Positions 37,158 to 49,414 of a stretch of 64,000 bases of DNA are shown here, in pieces. Each line of letters begins with the position of its first letter. Positions within the stretch are counted from its first letter, which is position 1. The position numbers and the translations under genes were made by a program. The notes below the pieces were generated by a model. That model did not search any database and was not told the DNA's origin. It was given only the letters and a program-made list of their open reading frames with translations. The DNA comes from Scenedesmus sp. PABB004 (lineage: Eukaryota). Location: contig JABVCE010000007.1 in NCBI GenBank assembly GCA_014905635.1, positions 1,426,001 through 1,490,000 of the forward strand. The letters are read 5' to 3'.

Positions 37158-37780
37158 ATGCGCCCCGCCGCCATGCCCACGCTGCTCCTGCTCGCCCTGG
37201 CCTGCGGCCTGGCCGCGGTGGCGCCCGCCGCCGACGCGGCGCGCGCGCCCGGCTCCAGCGTCGCGCGGAAGCTGCTCGACATCTTCAACAACGACGGTGA
37301 TCAGCAGCGGGGGCACGCCGCGGCAGGCAGCAGCTGCACAGGCACGCTGCAGCCTGCGCGCAGCGCCGCCCACGCCCACGCCGCCGCGCGCCGCCGCCGC
37401 GCGCTGCCACCGCAGCCGCGTTTGCCCAGGCGCGCGCGGCCGCAGCCGCCCAGACCACCGCCGTCGGCGGCGGCGGCGGCCTCGGCTGCGTCGGCTGCGT
37501 CGGCGGCGGCCTCGGCGGCGTCGGCAACGGCATCGGCGGAGGCGGCGCCGACTGCCAGGCCGCCGCGCAGGCGTACGCGAGCTCCGGCGCGCGCTCCAAC
37601 GGCCTCGGCGGCTTTGGCGGCGGCGCCGCGGACGCCTTTGCCGCCGCGCGCGCTGCCGCCGACGCGCGCGGCGCCGCGTTTGGCAGCGACGCGTGGCGCA
37701 ACGACTTCCTCTCCGCCTGCCGCGCGTCGGCTGCGGCGTCCGCCGAGTCCGGCAGCTTCAACGCGGGGCTCGGCAAGTGA
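37158..37780 (+). CDS. Small secreted Gly/Ala-rich protein or propeptide (intron 37297-37445)
   Basis: Signal peptide (LLLLALACGLAAVAPAADA) and RKLL motif. A phase-1 GT-AG intron leads to GGGGLGCVGCVGGG...FNAGLGK-stop. TATA-like CATAAA lies at about 37033. Confidence 0.65.
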
Positions 37781-38775
37781 CGCGCTCGGCGGCACCTGCC
37801 GGGAGGGCGAGCGGAGGGCGCCTGCCTGCTAGCCTGCGCTGCCTTGTGTGTTTGTGCGGCATCTGCCAGGCCAGTTGCCCACCCACCAGCCCCGCGCGCC
37901 TGAGCGCTCAACTCGATTGCCTGCCGTCGCCCTTTGCTGGCCTCAGTTGCTGCGGCGCGCCGCGCGGACGGCTCCGCGCGGGCTGTACAGTAACTCACCG
38001 CCGCCGAGCCTTGCCCCGCCGCTGCCCAGCCTGCGCCCAGCCGCCAGCCGCCAGCCGCCGGCCGGCGGCCGGCCGTCTGACGCAGCGGCTCACAGGGCAC
38101 GCCGCGCTCAGCCCGGCCAGCCGCCGCGGCCAGTCGGCCACGCGACCAGCCTGCCCCGGCCGCGCCGGTGCTGCTACGCTGGCTGCGCCGGCGTAGTTCG
38201 GCGCTCACGACCGCCGCCCACCACCCGCGCCCGCATGCGCGGCGTGCCAGCACCCGTCGCGGGCGCGGGGCGCGATCCAAGTGCGCGCGTTGACTGGGCC
38301 GCCCGCAGGCGCCGCTGGCGCCGTGGCAGTTGTGTGCGCCGCGCGTGCCCCACGCTGCGGCTCGCCCATGCCCAGCGGGCTCTGGGGCCGCGCTTCCCGC
38401 CCGGCCTGCGCGCCCGGGCGGCCCATCCGGCCGTCACCCAGATCCCGAGCGCGCCCCGGCGGCCGGCGGGCCCGGCCACTGCCCGCCGCTGCCGATCACA
38501 GCGCGCTGGTGCGGGCGCAGGACCGGCGCGGGCCGGGTGCGCGGGGTTGGGTTTTAGCCGCGCGCCACGTCACCCGCAAAACGCATGCGCACGGCCGCGA
38601 GGCCAGGCGCCGGGCCACACGAGCAACCCCTTAGGAGCGCGAGCGCCACAAGACCTGCCTCCCTGCGCCCCGCGCGCACTAGTTGTTGCCGCCGGCCCCG
38701 CTCGACCGCCAGCCGCCCCGCGCCCCGCGCCTGCGCCTAGAATTGCCGCGCCCGGGCGCCGGGCGACGCGGCAGC

Positions 38776-40537
38776 ATGGCCCACCTGCTGTGGGCGCTGC
38801 TGGGCAACGGGATGAGCCCGGACATGGCAGCCGGCCTCGCCGGCGCCGCGGGCGTGCCGGAGAGCCCCAGCCTGGCCAGCGAGCACGGCGATGAAGGAGG
38901 CGCCGGGTGCAGCTGCAGGTGCGGGCGGGGAGGCAGCGGGCGCGCGCGGCCGGGCATCATCCCTCCGCCGGCCGGCCGCTCATCGCGCCCCTCGCGCCCC
39001 CGCGCCGCGCAGCAAGCCGGTGCAGCTGCTGCGCTCGCTGCACGTCGAGGGCCTGCCGCCCGCGATGACCGCGGCCGAGCTGAGCCAGCTTTTCTCGCCC
39101 TACGGCCAAGTCCAGTACGCCGAGGTGCGCCCCACGCGCGGGGAGGGCAGCGGAGGCGGCCGCCAGGCGCCCGAGCGGGCGCTCGAGCTGCGCGGCGGCG
39201 GCAGCCGTGACGCCGCCGCGGCCAGGCCACAGCCCACCACCGCCCGGCCCGCCGCGCCCGGCAGGCCGCGCCCGAGGCGGTGAAGAACGAGGCGGGCGAG
39301 TACGCGCGCAAGCTGCACTGCTACGTCGTGTTCACCGAGCACGCGGGCGCGTGCTCGGCCAAGAAGGTCCTGCAGCCCCGCGCGCCCGACGGCGCCGGCG
39401 CCGGCGCCGGCGCGGCGAGCCGCGCGCCCGACGCGCTCCTGCGCGTGCGCTTCTGCAAGCCCGCCAACGTGGTGCCGCTGTGCACGCCCACGTTTCGCGG
39501 GTTCATCACGGCCCAGTGGGCGCAGTCGGCGGCGGCGGCCAAGGCCTGCCCCGACTACAAAAAGGCGTCGTGCAAGGTCAACGCGCTCTTCGTCAGCAAG
39601 CTGCACCAGCACATCACGACCGCGCGCCTCACGTCCCTGTTTGGGAAGTTTGGCAAGATGCTCGCGTGCGAGGTGCGGCGGCGTGCAGGCGGCAGGCAGA
39701 CGCGCCGCGCCGCGCCGCGCCGCGCCGCGCCGCGCGCCGGCCCCGCCGCGGCGCCGCCCGCCCACGCGCCCCGGCCGCCCGCCGCGCGCCCCGCCCGCCG
39801 CGCGGCCGCAGGTGCAGTACCACAGCGACGGGCGCAGCGCGGGGCACGGCGTGGTGATCTACGAGACGATCGAGGACGCCGAGGCGGCGCTGGCGGGGAC
39901 CAACGGGTACCGCCTGGAGGGGCGGACGATCGAGGTGACGCCGCTGCGGCTCAAGAAGCTGCCGAGCAAGCTGGAGCACCTCAAGGGCCGCATCAAGCGC
40001 CAGCCGCTCTCCGGCGACGGCAGCGGCAGCGAGGACGGCAGCGGCAGCATCCCCGCGTGCAGCCCCAAGAGCCTGGTCGGCACGCCGCCCACGCCCGCGG
40101 CGGCGGCGGCCGCGCTCGGCCTGGGCCACCACCACCAGCAGCAGCACGCGGCGGCCGCGGCGGCGGCGCTGCACCTGCAGCAGGGCCTGATGCACGGCCT
40201 GCAGCTGCAGCAGCAGCAGCTCATGCTGCAGCAGGTGCAGCAGCAGATGGCCATGCAGATGCACATGATGCAGCCGCCCATGCCCTGCGGCATGGCCGCC
40301 GCCGCGGCGGCGGCGGCCGCCGCGGCCGCGATGGGCCCCGGCGGCGCGGGCATGGGCCACGGCGTGCGCCCGGGGCTGCTGCCGGGCGGCATGCACGCGC
40401 CGCCGATGCGCCCCGGCCCGCACGGCGGCCCGGGCGCCGGGCTCGGCGCCACGCCGCTCGGCCGCGACGGCCTGCCCCTCGCGCGGCCCGGCGGCGACGC
40501 GGTGCCGACGGGGCTGGACCTTTCGTTTATCTCCTAG
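38776..40537 (+). CDS. Two-RRM RNA-binding protein with His/Gln/Met-rich low-complexity tail
   Basis: LHVEGLP..ELSQLFSPYGQV..HCYVVF; LFVSKL..LFGKFG..GHGVVIYET..LNGYRLEGRTIEV-like second RRM. Confidence 0.85.
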
Positions 40538-42508
40538 AGGCGCCCTGGGCACCCCCATGGGCGCCCCGGCGCGGGGCGCCATCAGCCCCCGCCGCGCGGC
40601 ACCTGCACTGCGCGCGCGCCGCACGCGCGCCGCACGCGCGCCGCACGCGCGCCGCACGCGCGCCGCCGCCTGCTGGCACGACTGCGGCGCCGCCCCCTGC
40701 CTGGGGGGCGGCGGGGGAGGGCGCTGCTGAGGCTGGGGGGCTGAGGGGAGGGGCGCAGCACGCGCTCGTCGCCCCCCCCCCCCCAAACACACACACACAC
40801 ACTGCATGAGGCCCGCGCGGGGCGTCGGCGGCCCGGCCGCCGCGCCACCTTTTTGTCGCGCGCGTGCTTGCCTTTTTGGGACGACCACCACTGGCTGCCA
40901 CAATTTTGCCAAGCGCGGGCCGCGCAGCGGGTGCCCTTGAGGGCGCCCGCGCCCGAGCGTGCGCCGCGGCCGCGGGGACGCGCCGGCTGCTCCCCGCTTG
41001 CGTGGTTTTGTTGCGTTTGACGGCGCGGGGGCGCCGCGGGCGCGCCGTCATTGGCGCGCCGCGGCCGCCCCGCGAGGGAGGTGGAGGGGAGAGAGGCACA
41101 CATGCCCACGGCATGCATGGCTCATCGAAGCGTGTACCAATGCTGCGCGGGCGCCACAGGCGCCCGCCCGCGCGCCCCGCGCGCGTGCTCGTGGCGGCGC
41201 GGTGCGGGCGCGGTGCCCCAGCAGACGCCGGCGCACGGCTCTGCACCTTGGGTTTTTCAACCGCGCCCGCCTGCGCACTCGCGCCGCCACAGCACCCGCG
41301 CCACACGACGCGCGCGGCACACGCGCGCGGGGTGCGCGGCCGGCACATTTTTGGGGGCGCGTTCTCTCTCTGCTCTGCTGCTGCTCTTTATGTCTCTGCC
41401 TGCGCGCGCATCTGGCTGGGCCGGCGCGGCGGCCGCTGTTTGGTTCGCCAGCAGCAGCAGCCTGCCCCTCTGTTCTCTCTCTCTCTGCCGCGCGCTGGTG
41501 GTGCTCGACAATCAAGGCGGCCAGGCACCTCTGTGCTGGCTGGCGGCGCCGCGCTTTGCCTGCCCGCCTGCCCGCGGCGGCGTTTTGACCACCGCTCGCT
41601 CGCTGCCCAGCAGCTGCACGCGCGGCCCCAACACTGGGGCCGCCACACACGCGCGCGCGGCGGTCGGTGGCGATCGCATTCGATCGCCCCCGCGCGCCGC
41701 CGCCGCAGCATGCACAGCGGCGCGCTGCACGCCACGACGATGAGCGAGCGGCGCGCTGTGGGCGGAGAAGAAGTGCTGGGGCCGCGTGCGCGGGCGCACC
41801 GGCCGGCCGCGGCCGTGTCCTCTTTTGCCGGCGCGCCCACAGATTTTTTCCACACCTCGCCCAAGTTGTGCGTTGGGGCGTCGCGACGCAGCGCAGGGCG
41901 GCTGGTTGGCAGTCGTGCGTGACTTTTCGGAGCCTGACGTAGGCGCGCGGACGGTGGGCGCCCCTCCTCCCCGGGCGGGCGCCCGGCCGCCCCGCGCGGG
42001 GGTTTTTGCTCGGGCCGCGCGCCCGCAACCCCATCAACTTGCAACGCCTGCATGACGTGCCGCGACGGCACACACTAGGCCGAGAGGAGGAGCCCGTGGC
42101 ATTGTCAGCCCATGTGTGTGTGTGTGTCGCGCGCGCCGCCGCGCCGGCTGACTGACGGCGCCGTGCAGCGCCCGAGCCGCGCGCGCGGCCGCGCGCCGCC
42201 GCCGCGAGACCTTGAAATTATTGACCGCCAAAGCGCCGACGAGCGCGACCCCCCGCCGACGCCTGATCCGGCTGGGCGGCCGCCCGATCCCGCGGCGCAG
42301 CGCTGGACCGCCGGCGCACCGGCACCGCCACCGCCGGCAGCCGCCCCGCCCGCTCACCGCCGGCTCGGCAGCAGCGCGCCAGCAGGTCACTGCGCGTCGC
42401 AGGGCAGCCACGCGCGCAGGGGGAGCTCGGCAGCAGGAGTCGATCGCCTCGCGCCCCGTTCATGCGCGGCTGAGCGGGCAGGCCGCCTCCCTCCCCCGCC
42501 GGAAGACC

Positions 42509-43516
42509 ATGGCCGCCGCGCTGCGCCGAGCGGGCGCGCAGCTGCTGCGCAGCGGCGGGCAGCAGCGCGGAGGGCATGGCTGGCCCGGGGGCTCCTTCTG
42601 GGCGGACGGCACCAGCACTGGCCGCAACGGCTACCTCTTCGGCGAGACCCCGCCGGCGCCCGGCCAGAAGCGGAAGTGGGAGAGCTGGGAGTTCGTCTTG
42701 TGAGCGCGCGGCGGCAGCAGCGCCCGCGCCCGCGGCGGCGGGGCGGCAGCGGGGGCGCCCGCCCGCGCGTGCGGCGCCGCCGGCGCGCACACGGCGGTCC
42801 GGGCCCGCAATGGCGACCGCCGGCGGGGGCGCTGCGGCAGCGCGGCCGCACCGGCAGCGGCGGCGGCGCCCCCCCCCCCCCGGCGCTCGCGCTCACGCGC
42901 CGCCGCCGCCGTCGGCTGCGGCGCAGCTACACCGGGTTTGGCATCAGCGCCGTGATGGCCTACCTGACCGTCAACGGCCCCGACAACTCCCTGCAGGCGT
43001 GGGCGCGCAAGGAGGTGCGCGGCAGCGCGGCCGCGCTCCGCGCCCCGCGCCCCGCTGCCGGGCCGCCCCGCGGCCACCACGCCGCATGCCGTGCGGCGGC
43101 GCCGCGGCAGCCGCCGGGAAAAGGGGGGGGGGGTGGCCTCCCCTGGCCGCGCGCACGCACGCTGCCGCCGCCGCCGCGGCCGACGCCGCCACGGGCGCTG
43201 CGTCGCGCGTGCAGGCGCTGCTGGAGCTGGCGGAGGAGGACGAGACGTTTGCGGCGTACGCCGCCGACGCGGCGCTGCAGAGCAGCGCCGCCGACAAGCT
43301 CAAGGCGGTCGGCAAGCACCCCGACAGGCACGCGACGGCCGCGCGCGCCGCCAGCGCCGGCCGCGCTGTGCCGGCGGCGCCGGCGGCGCCGGCCGTGCTG
43401 TGCCGTGCGCCTCCCTCCGCGCTGAGCCCCGGCGCCGCTGGTCACGCAGGTACTACGACGCTGTGATGATGCGCAAGGAGTTTGCGGTGCTGGAGGCCAA
43501 GGCCAAGGGCGCTTGA
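42509..43516 (+). CDS. NDUFB11: Mitochondrial complex I subunit NDUFB11 (ESSS)
   Basis: Mitochondrial presequence; NGYLFGETPP.PGQKRKWESWE; single TM; PDNSLQAWARKEAL. Confidence 0.88.
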
Positions 43517-43980
43517 GCCGCGCGGCGTGCGGGGCGCGGCGTGCCGGCGGGGCGCGGCGTGCCGGCGGGGCGCGGCGTGCCGGCGGGGCACGGCGTGGCG
43601 GCGGGGCGCTCCAGGGACTACTAGCGGGCGCTAGCTGCGTAGCTGGGCGTAGCCGGGCGTGCGCCGGCGCGGCCACCGGCAAACGTGACGGACGGGTCGT
43701 GCCGCGCTCGTGAACCGCTGTCGACTGCTCATGAGGCCGAGCTCGCTCGCAGCCCGATCTATGCGCTCTACACGGCCCGAGCCCAGCCGCAGCACGCCCC
43801 CCTGCTGCTGGCGCCGGCGCAAGCGATGCCGCCGCGGGCGCCGCGCGCTGCTGCCGGCGGTGCTGCCGCAGCCGGCGGCGGCGTTCCGCAGCGCCGCTCC
43901 TGATCCGCGGTTCTTGTGCGCCTGACGCACCCCGCTCCGTCGGGCCCCCCCGCGCTCGCCCTCCACGCGGCGCCGCCGAG

Positions 43981-46139
43981 ATGGCGCGGCAGCAGCGGCG
44001 GCAGCGGCAGGCGTCGGAGGACGCCCTGCAGCGCCTGGACCCGCAGACGGCATTTCTATACGCGCCACACACCGTGTCGGTGCTCCTGGCGGGTGCGCGC
44101 CGCCGCGCCGCCGGGCACGCTGCCGGCCGCGGCGCGTGAGCTCAAGCTGCGAGGCGCCCCGCGGCGCGCAGGTCTGGCAGCGCTGGGATACTCTGCTGAC
44201 GTCCTGGGGCTGCGCGGCGGCGGCGGCGGCTCCAGCACGGCCGCGGGCGTGTGGGCGGCAGTCCTCGTGTTCCTGGGTGCGCTGCGTGCGCCGCACCGCG
44301 GCCGCCGCGCAGCAGCCGCCGGCGCCGCCGCCGCTGCAGCTCCGCCCGCACGCGCGGGCGCCGACCTCCCGCCCCTCCCGTCCCTTGTGTCCGGCAGGCT
44401 ACTCTGTGGTGCAGGGCCCCGCGACGAGCATGGTGCGGCCCCACCCCGCGGTCTGGCGGCTCGTGCACGGCGCGGCCGTGCTGTATGTGCTGGGCCTGGT
44501 GGTGATGCTCTTCCAGTCGGCAGACGGCGCCCGCGCGCTGCTCAAGGTGCGCGCCGGGCGCGCGCAGCGTTGGCGCCCGCGCCGCGCCGCGCCCCGCGCG
44601 CCCGCCACGCCGCGCCGCGCCGCCCACATGGGGTGCGTGGCCGGCGCCGCCGCGCGAGCGCAGCACGTGTCGCCCGAGCTGGGCGTGCCGGTGGTGGACC
44701 GTGACTACGGCACGAGCTGCGCGCTGCGCGACGCCGCCGGCCGCGTCAACTGGGCGGGCCTGGCAGGCGCGCTGGACGCGTTTGTGGTGGCGCACAGCCT
44801 CGGCTGGTGGGCCAAGGCGCTGCTGCTGCGCAACGCGGCGCTGCTGTGGGCGTACAGCATCGCGTTTGAGCTGCTGGAGGCCACGTTTGCGGTGAGCCCC
44901 GCGCCGCGGCGTGCCCCCAATGGTTTTGCGCTGGGCCAGGCACGCAGCGCCGCCGGGGCGCCGGCGCCGACCGTCCCCTGCCCCGCGGCCTCCGGGGACG
45001 CACGCCGCAGCACATGATGCCAAACTTCAACGAGTGCTGGTGGGACTCCTGGCTGCTGGACGTGGCCATCTGCAACGCAGTAGGTGGGCCGCACGGCGGC
45101 GCGCGCAGCCCCCGGCGCTGCCCAGCCCCCGGGGGCCCGAGCAGCCGCCGCGCCGCCGCGCCGCCAGGCATCTATGCCGGCATGGCCACCGTGCGCTGGC
45201 TGGAGTGCCGCTACACAAACTACGACTGGCAGGGCATCAGCGAGCTGCCCGGCCGCCTGCAGCGCGCGCAGCGGTGCCTGGAGCAGCTGCTGCCGTACAG
45301 CTGGTCCAGGCTGGACTGGATGGCCTTCTCGAGTGAGCGGGGGCGGGCGCCAAGGGGGCGCAGCCCGTGGCCGCGAGCGCGCCGCCGTGCGCGCTGCAGC
45401 CGGCAGCCAGCCCGTGGCCGCGAGCGCGCCGCCGACGCGCCGCCCGGCGCCCCCGGCCCGCCTGTCCCGCCGCGCCGCGCGCGCCGCGCGCGCCGCCGCG
45501 CGCAGGCCCCGCGCGCTGCCTGCAGGCGTGCGGCCTGGTGGGCGTGTTCCTGGGCGTCGAGCTCAACGTTTTCTTCCTCAAGCACGCCCTCTGGGTGCCG
45601 CCGACGCACCCGCTCAACACCGCCCGCCTGCTGCTCTGGCTCGCCGTCGGCGCGCCGGCGGTGCGGCAGTACTATGAGCTCATCTCACCAGACCCCCCTG
45701 CGCCGGCGCAGCCCAGCGCAGCGCGGCGCGGCCCGGCGGCGCAGCACGACGGCCCGCCGCCGCGGGCGCAGCACAAGCTCGGCGCGTTCGCGTGGCTCGC
45801 CTGCGCGGTGCGGCGCCGCGCGGCGCGGCACGGCACGGCACCGGCGCGGCGCGGCACGGCACGGCACCGGCGCGGCGCGCGGCGCGCCGCCGACCCTGCG
45901 CGCGGCGCAGCCGACCCACCCCGCCCGCGCCTGGGCGGCGCGCGCAGATGCTGGCCCTGGAGACGATGGCGGCGGTCAAGTTTGGGCGCGGCATGTACCC
46001 GCAGCCCTGGCCGACGCGCGTGCTCGTGGCGTGGGCCGCCGCGCTCACCCTCGCGGCGGGCCTGCTCGCGGCGTGGCAGGCGCAGCGCCGGCGAGCGGCC
46101 GCCGCGCGCGGCGGCGGGAGTGGCGGCAAGGCGCTGTGA
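43981..46139 (+). CDS. PSS1: Phosphatidylserine synthase, base-exchange type (PTDSS family)
   Basis: YAPHTVS, RPHPAVWRLVHG, HSLGWWAKALLLRN, PNFNECWWDSWLLDV, ELNVFFLKHALW, RQYYE. Confidence 0.93.
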
Positions 46140-46733
46140 CCCCCTCCACCTCTCAGCAGGCGTTTCCAGGCGCGCGCCGCCACCGGCTCAAATGACACTC
46201 AGGGGTGTTCAACCGCTCGCCGACTTTCGCCGCGCCGTCACCTGCAGTCCGCACCAGCACCGTCAGGGAAGCGCGGCCGGCTGCCGCGCGCCAGTGCTGT
46301 GCGACAGACCCGGACCACCATCCAGGGACCTCTGCCAGGGCCCGGCCAGCCCCGGTGCGGCCGGGAGCCGCACCTGCGAGCCAAGGTACCGGTCGTGGAC
46401 GCTGCGCCGGGCCGCGCCGGCCGTCAGGTGCGCGGGCCCGCGGAGTGGACCGGGCCCTGATGCCAACAGCCCTAGACCCAAAAGCGGGGGCGCTTTGACG
46501 CAGCAGTGGGCCAGTTCCGCCGGATGCTCTGCACCGGCTCGCACCACGCGGGCGAAGCGGCTGCGGCGCGGTCTGCAGCGAGGGGGCACGCTGCTGCTCG
46601 CCTGCTGCTGCCGCCCCGCGCTGGGGCTGCGCGCACGCTCTGACGACCATCCCTTGCGCTCCCGCCTCACCGCACGCCGCGGCAGGCGTCGGCAGCGGCC
46701 GCCGGCGGCGGCGGCGCCGGCGGCGCGGGCAGC

Positions 46734-48414
46734 ATGGCGGCCGCGGGCGAGGCGGCGTTCGCCAGCTACGACATCACGCTCAACGACCGCGAGCTGGACG
46801 ACTTCCTGAGCTTCGTCGAGAACCAAAACGGTGGCTGCACGCTGCCGCCGCAGCTCCCCGACGCGGCGCTCGACTTCCCGGGCCTGCAGCTCCTGCCGCA
46901 CACCGACAGCCCCAGCCACTCGAGCAGCGGCGGCAGCGAGTCCATCGGCGTGCAGCGCTCCGCCGGCGGCGCCGGGGGCGGCGCCGTCGCGGCGGCGGAC
47001 CACACGAGCGCGAGCGGCCCGGGCGAGCACGCCGCCGACGCCGCCGACGACGCGTGCGGGCTGGGCGGCGGCGAGGAGGAGCTGGCGAGCATGATGGACC
47101 TTAGCTCGGCGCGCCTGCCCGCGCTGGACGTGGACATGCTGGCCGCGCGGGACATGCTGGCGGTCAAGCTGGAGCAGCCCGACGACGCGCTCGGCGCGCT
47201 CGCCCTCGGCGCCGGCGCCGCGGAGCTGCAGGAGCCGGCGCCCGGCGCGGGCGCGGACGCGGCCGGCCTGCCCTACGCCGCGTTGCACCCCGGGGCGAGC
47301 CTGCTGCCCGGCTGGCCGCCGGGCGGCGTCGACGGCGGCGGCACGCTGCCGCTCAACCCCGTGGTGTTTGTGCAGGGACCGCCCCCTCCCGCCACGCGCG
47401 GCGCGGCGCGGCAGGCGAGCCTCGCCGCCGGCGCGCGGCCGTCGGGCAGCGGCGGCAGCTCGCGCGGCTCGGGCGGCCGCGCCGGCGCCGCGCCGGCGGG
47501 CGGCGAGGGCGTGAGCAGCGGCGCGGGCAAGGCCGGCGCCGGGAGCCACTCGAGCGTTGAGAAGCAGCGGCGGGACCGGCTCAACTCGCTGATCGACGAG
47601 CTGAGCGACATCGTGCCGCCGGGCGACCCAAAGTACGGCGCCGACAGCTTGAGCGCGAGCGTGCGGCGGCCGAAGCACGTGGTGCTGGCCGACACGATCG
47701 CGCTGCTGCGGGCGATGCAGACCAAGCTGGCCATCGAGGAGGCGGAGATCACGACACTCAAGCACCAGGCCGCCGCGGTCGCGGCCATGGCCGCCGCGCA
47801 GCAGAGCCAGCAGGCCGCGCACCAGCAGGAGCTGGCCGCCGCGACCGCGGCGGCAGCCGCCGCCGCGGCCGTCAACGGCGCGGTGCCCTCGCCGCTCGCG
47901 CGCGGCGGCGGCGCCGGCGCCGGCGCGGGCACGCCGGCGCTGCCGCTCGCGCCGGCGTGCCGCGGCGGCGCGACGGGCGTGCTGGTCGAGGCGGGCGTGG
48001 ACAACTGCCTGTTCGTCAAGGTCAACTGCAAGGACCGCAAGGGCCTGCTCGGCGACGTCGTCGGCGCGCTGAAGGCCTTCCCCGTGGTCATCGCGACCGC
48101 CGCGATCACGACCACCACAGACGGCACCGTGCACGACGTCTTTGAGGTGCGGCGCCGCCAGCTCGAGCCCCCCCCCCCCCACACCGCCGCCACCGCAGCT
48201 GCTGCTGCGACCGCCGCCGCGACGGCCGCCGCAGCGCACGCCTGCCCCGCCCCGCCGCGCGCCGCTGACGCGCGCGCGCCCGGCCGCCGTCCGGCAGGTG
48301 CGCATCGAGGACGAGAGCGTCACGGCGGAGGACATCCAGTGCGCCGTGCACAGCGCGCTGTTTGCGGGCGAGCGCGGCCGCGGCAAGCGCCTGCGCCAGG
48401 AGGCCGCCTGCTGA
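46734..48414 (+). CDS. bHLH transcription factor with C-terminal ACT-like domain (intron approx. 48147-48297)
   Basis: SHSSVEKQRRDRLNSLIDELSDIVP...KHVVLADTI; VKVNCKDRKGLLGDVVGAL..HDVFEV. Confidence 0.9.
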
Positions 48415-49256
48415 GCCGCAGCACGGCGGAGCGCGGCGGCTGCCGCGCGGCGGTCGGCGGCCGGCGGTGGGCAGCACTGCGCGGGGGCAGGCTCACAAAC
48501 CAGAGGGCACTGGCAGTCTGGATTGGCATTCTCTGCACCCTATCTGTGCGTGCCGCGTGCGTGTCGCGGCTTCCAGGGCTGTCAGGTCGGCGCTGCCGCG
48601 CGCGCGACTGCCCCGCCCGCCTGCTCCAGCGGGCTCTGGCGGCGGCGGCGCGCGCTCGGCGCCGCCCGTTCATGCGTACGCGGCGGCGCCTCTCTTTCAG
48701 GCGCGCGCTCGCGTGACCACCTCTGCCAGAACGGCGGGGCTGCCGGGGCTGCACCGGGTCTGCCCGAGGCGTCACAACTGCTCTTGCCTGCACGCAGGCA
48801 CAACCGGTCGCCGCCCTGCTAGCTCGGCCTACGCTGAGCTGTCGGTTCGTCCCCGCCGCGCCCTGAACCCGCGACGCTGTGTGCGCGTTGACCGTGTGTG
48901 TCGCGTGGGCTGCCGCGCATGAGCGCGCGGCTGGGGCGGCGCGGCGGAGCCCCCTCCTTTTTACGCTGGCGGCAGGCAGGCGGAGGGGGGGGGTGCGTGC
49001 AGCGCAAGAGTGCTGCATGATTAGCAAGACGACACGCTTGCTTGCTTGCTCACCAACGGGGCCTCGGGGATGCGTCAAGCGCGGGTCGGGCGGCTGTGCC
49101 ATGCAGGGCGCGCGCGCGCGCGGCGGCTCCGTGGCGAGGGGCGGCGCAGCCAGGCCGGCGCGCCCCAAGCACTCTCTTGCTGCCGTTGCTGCCCCTGGGG
49201 GTGATGCTGGCGGTGGGGCCTGACCGGAGCACCTGAGGGGCCGCATGGCGCCCTGC

Positions 49257-49261
49257 TGTAA
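49257..49261 (+). promoter_or_regulatory. TGTAA polyadenylation signal, likely for the bHLH gene
   Basis: Chlorophyte poly(A) signal, rare in this GC-rich background, downstream of a + strand gene. Confidence 0.5.
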
Positions 49262-49414
49262 AAGTAGGCTCGCCAGGCGCACCGTGCGCGCGGCCAGCAA
49301 TTACTGGCCGCAGTGACGCCGCGCGCGCAGGGCCATCTCGGCCCCGCCGCCGCCGGCGCCGCCCGCGCCCCACGCTCGCCCGCACCCCGCGCTCACTCGC
49401 CCGCCCCAGCGCCT

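Noticed and set aside
40540..42500. Possible small minus-strand gene divergent from NDUFB11 (e.g. GVALVGALAVNNFK fragment)
   Set aside because: I could not build a consistent exon chain or recognise homology. It may be UTR or non-coding sequence.
43731..43925. Upstream ATGs / uORFs before phosphatidylserine synthase
   Set aside because: Cannot tell from sequence whether they lie in the PSS 5' UTR or the NDUFB11 3' UTR, and there is no conservation evidence.
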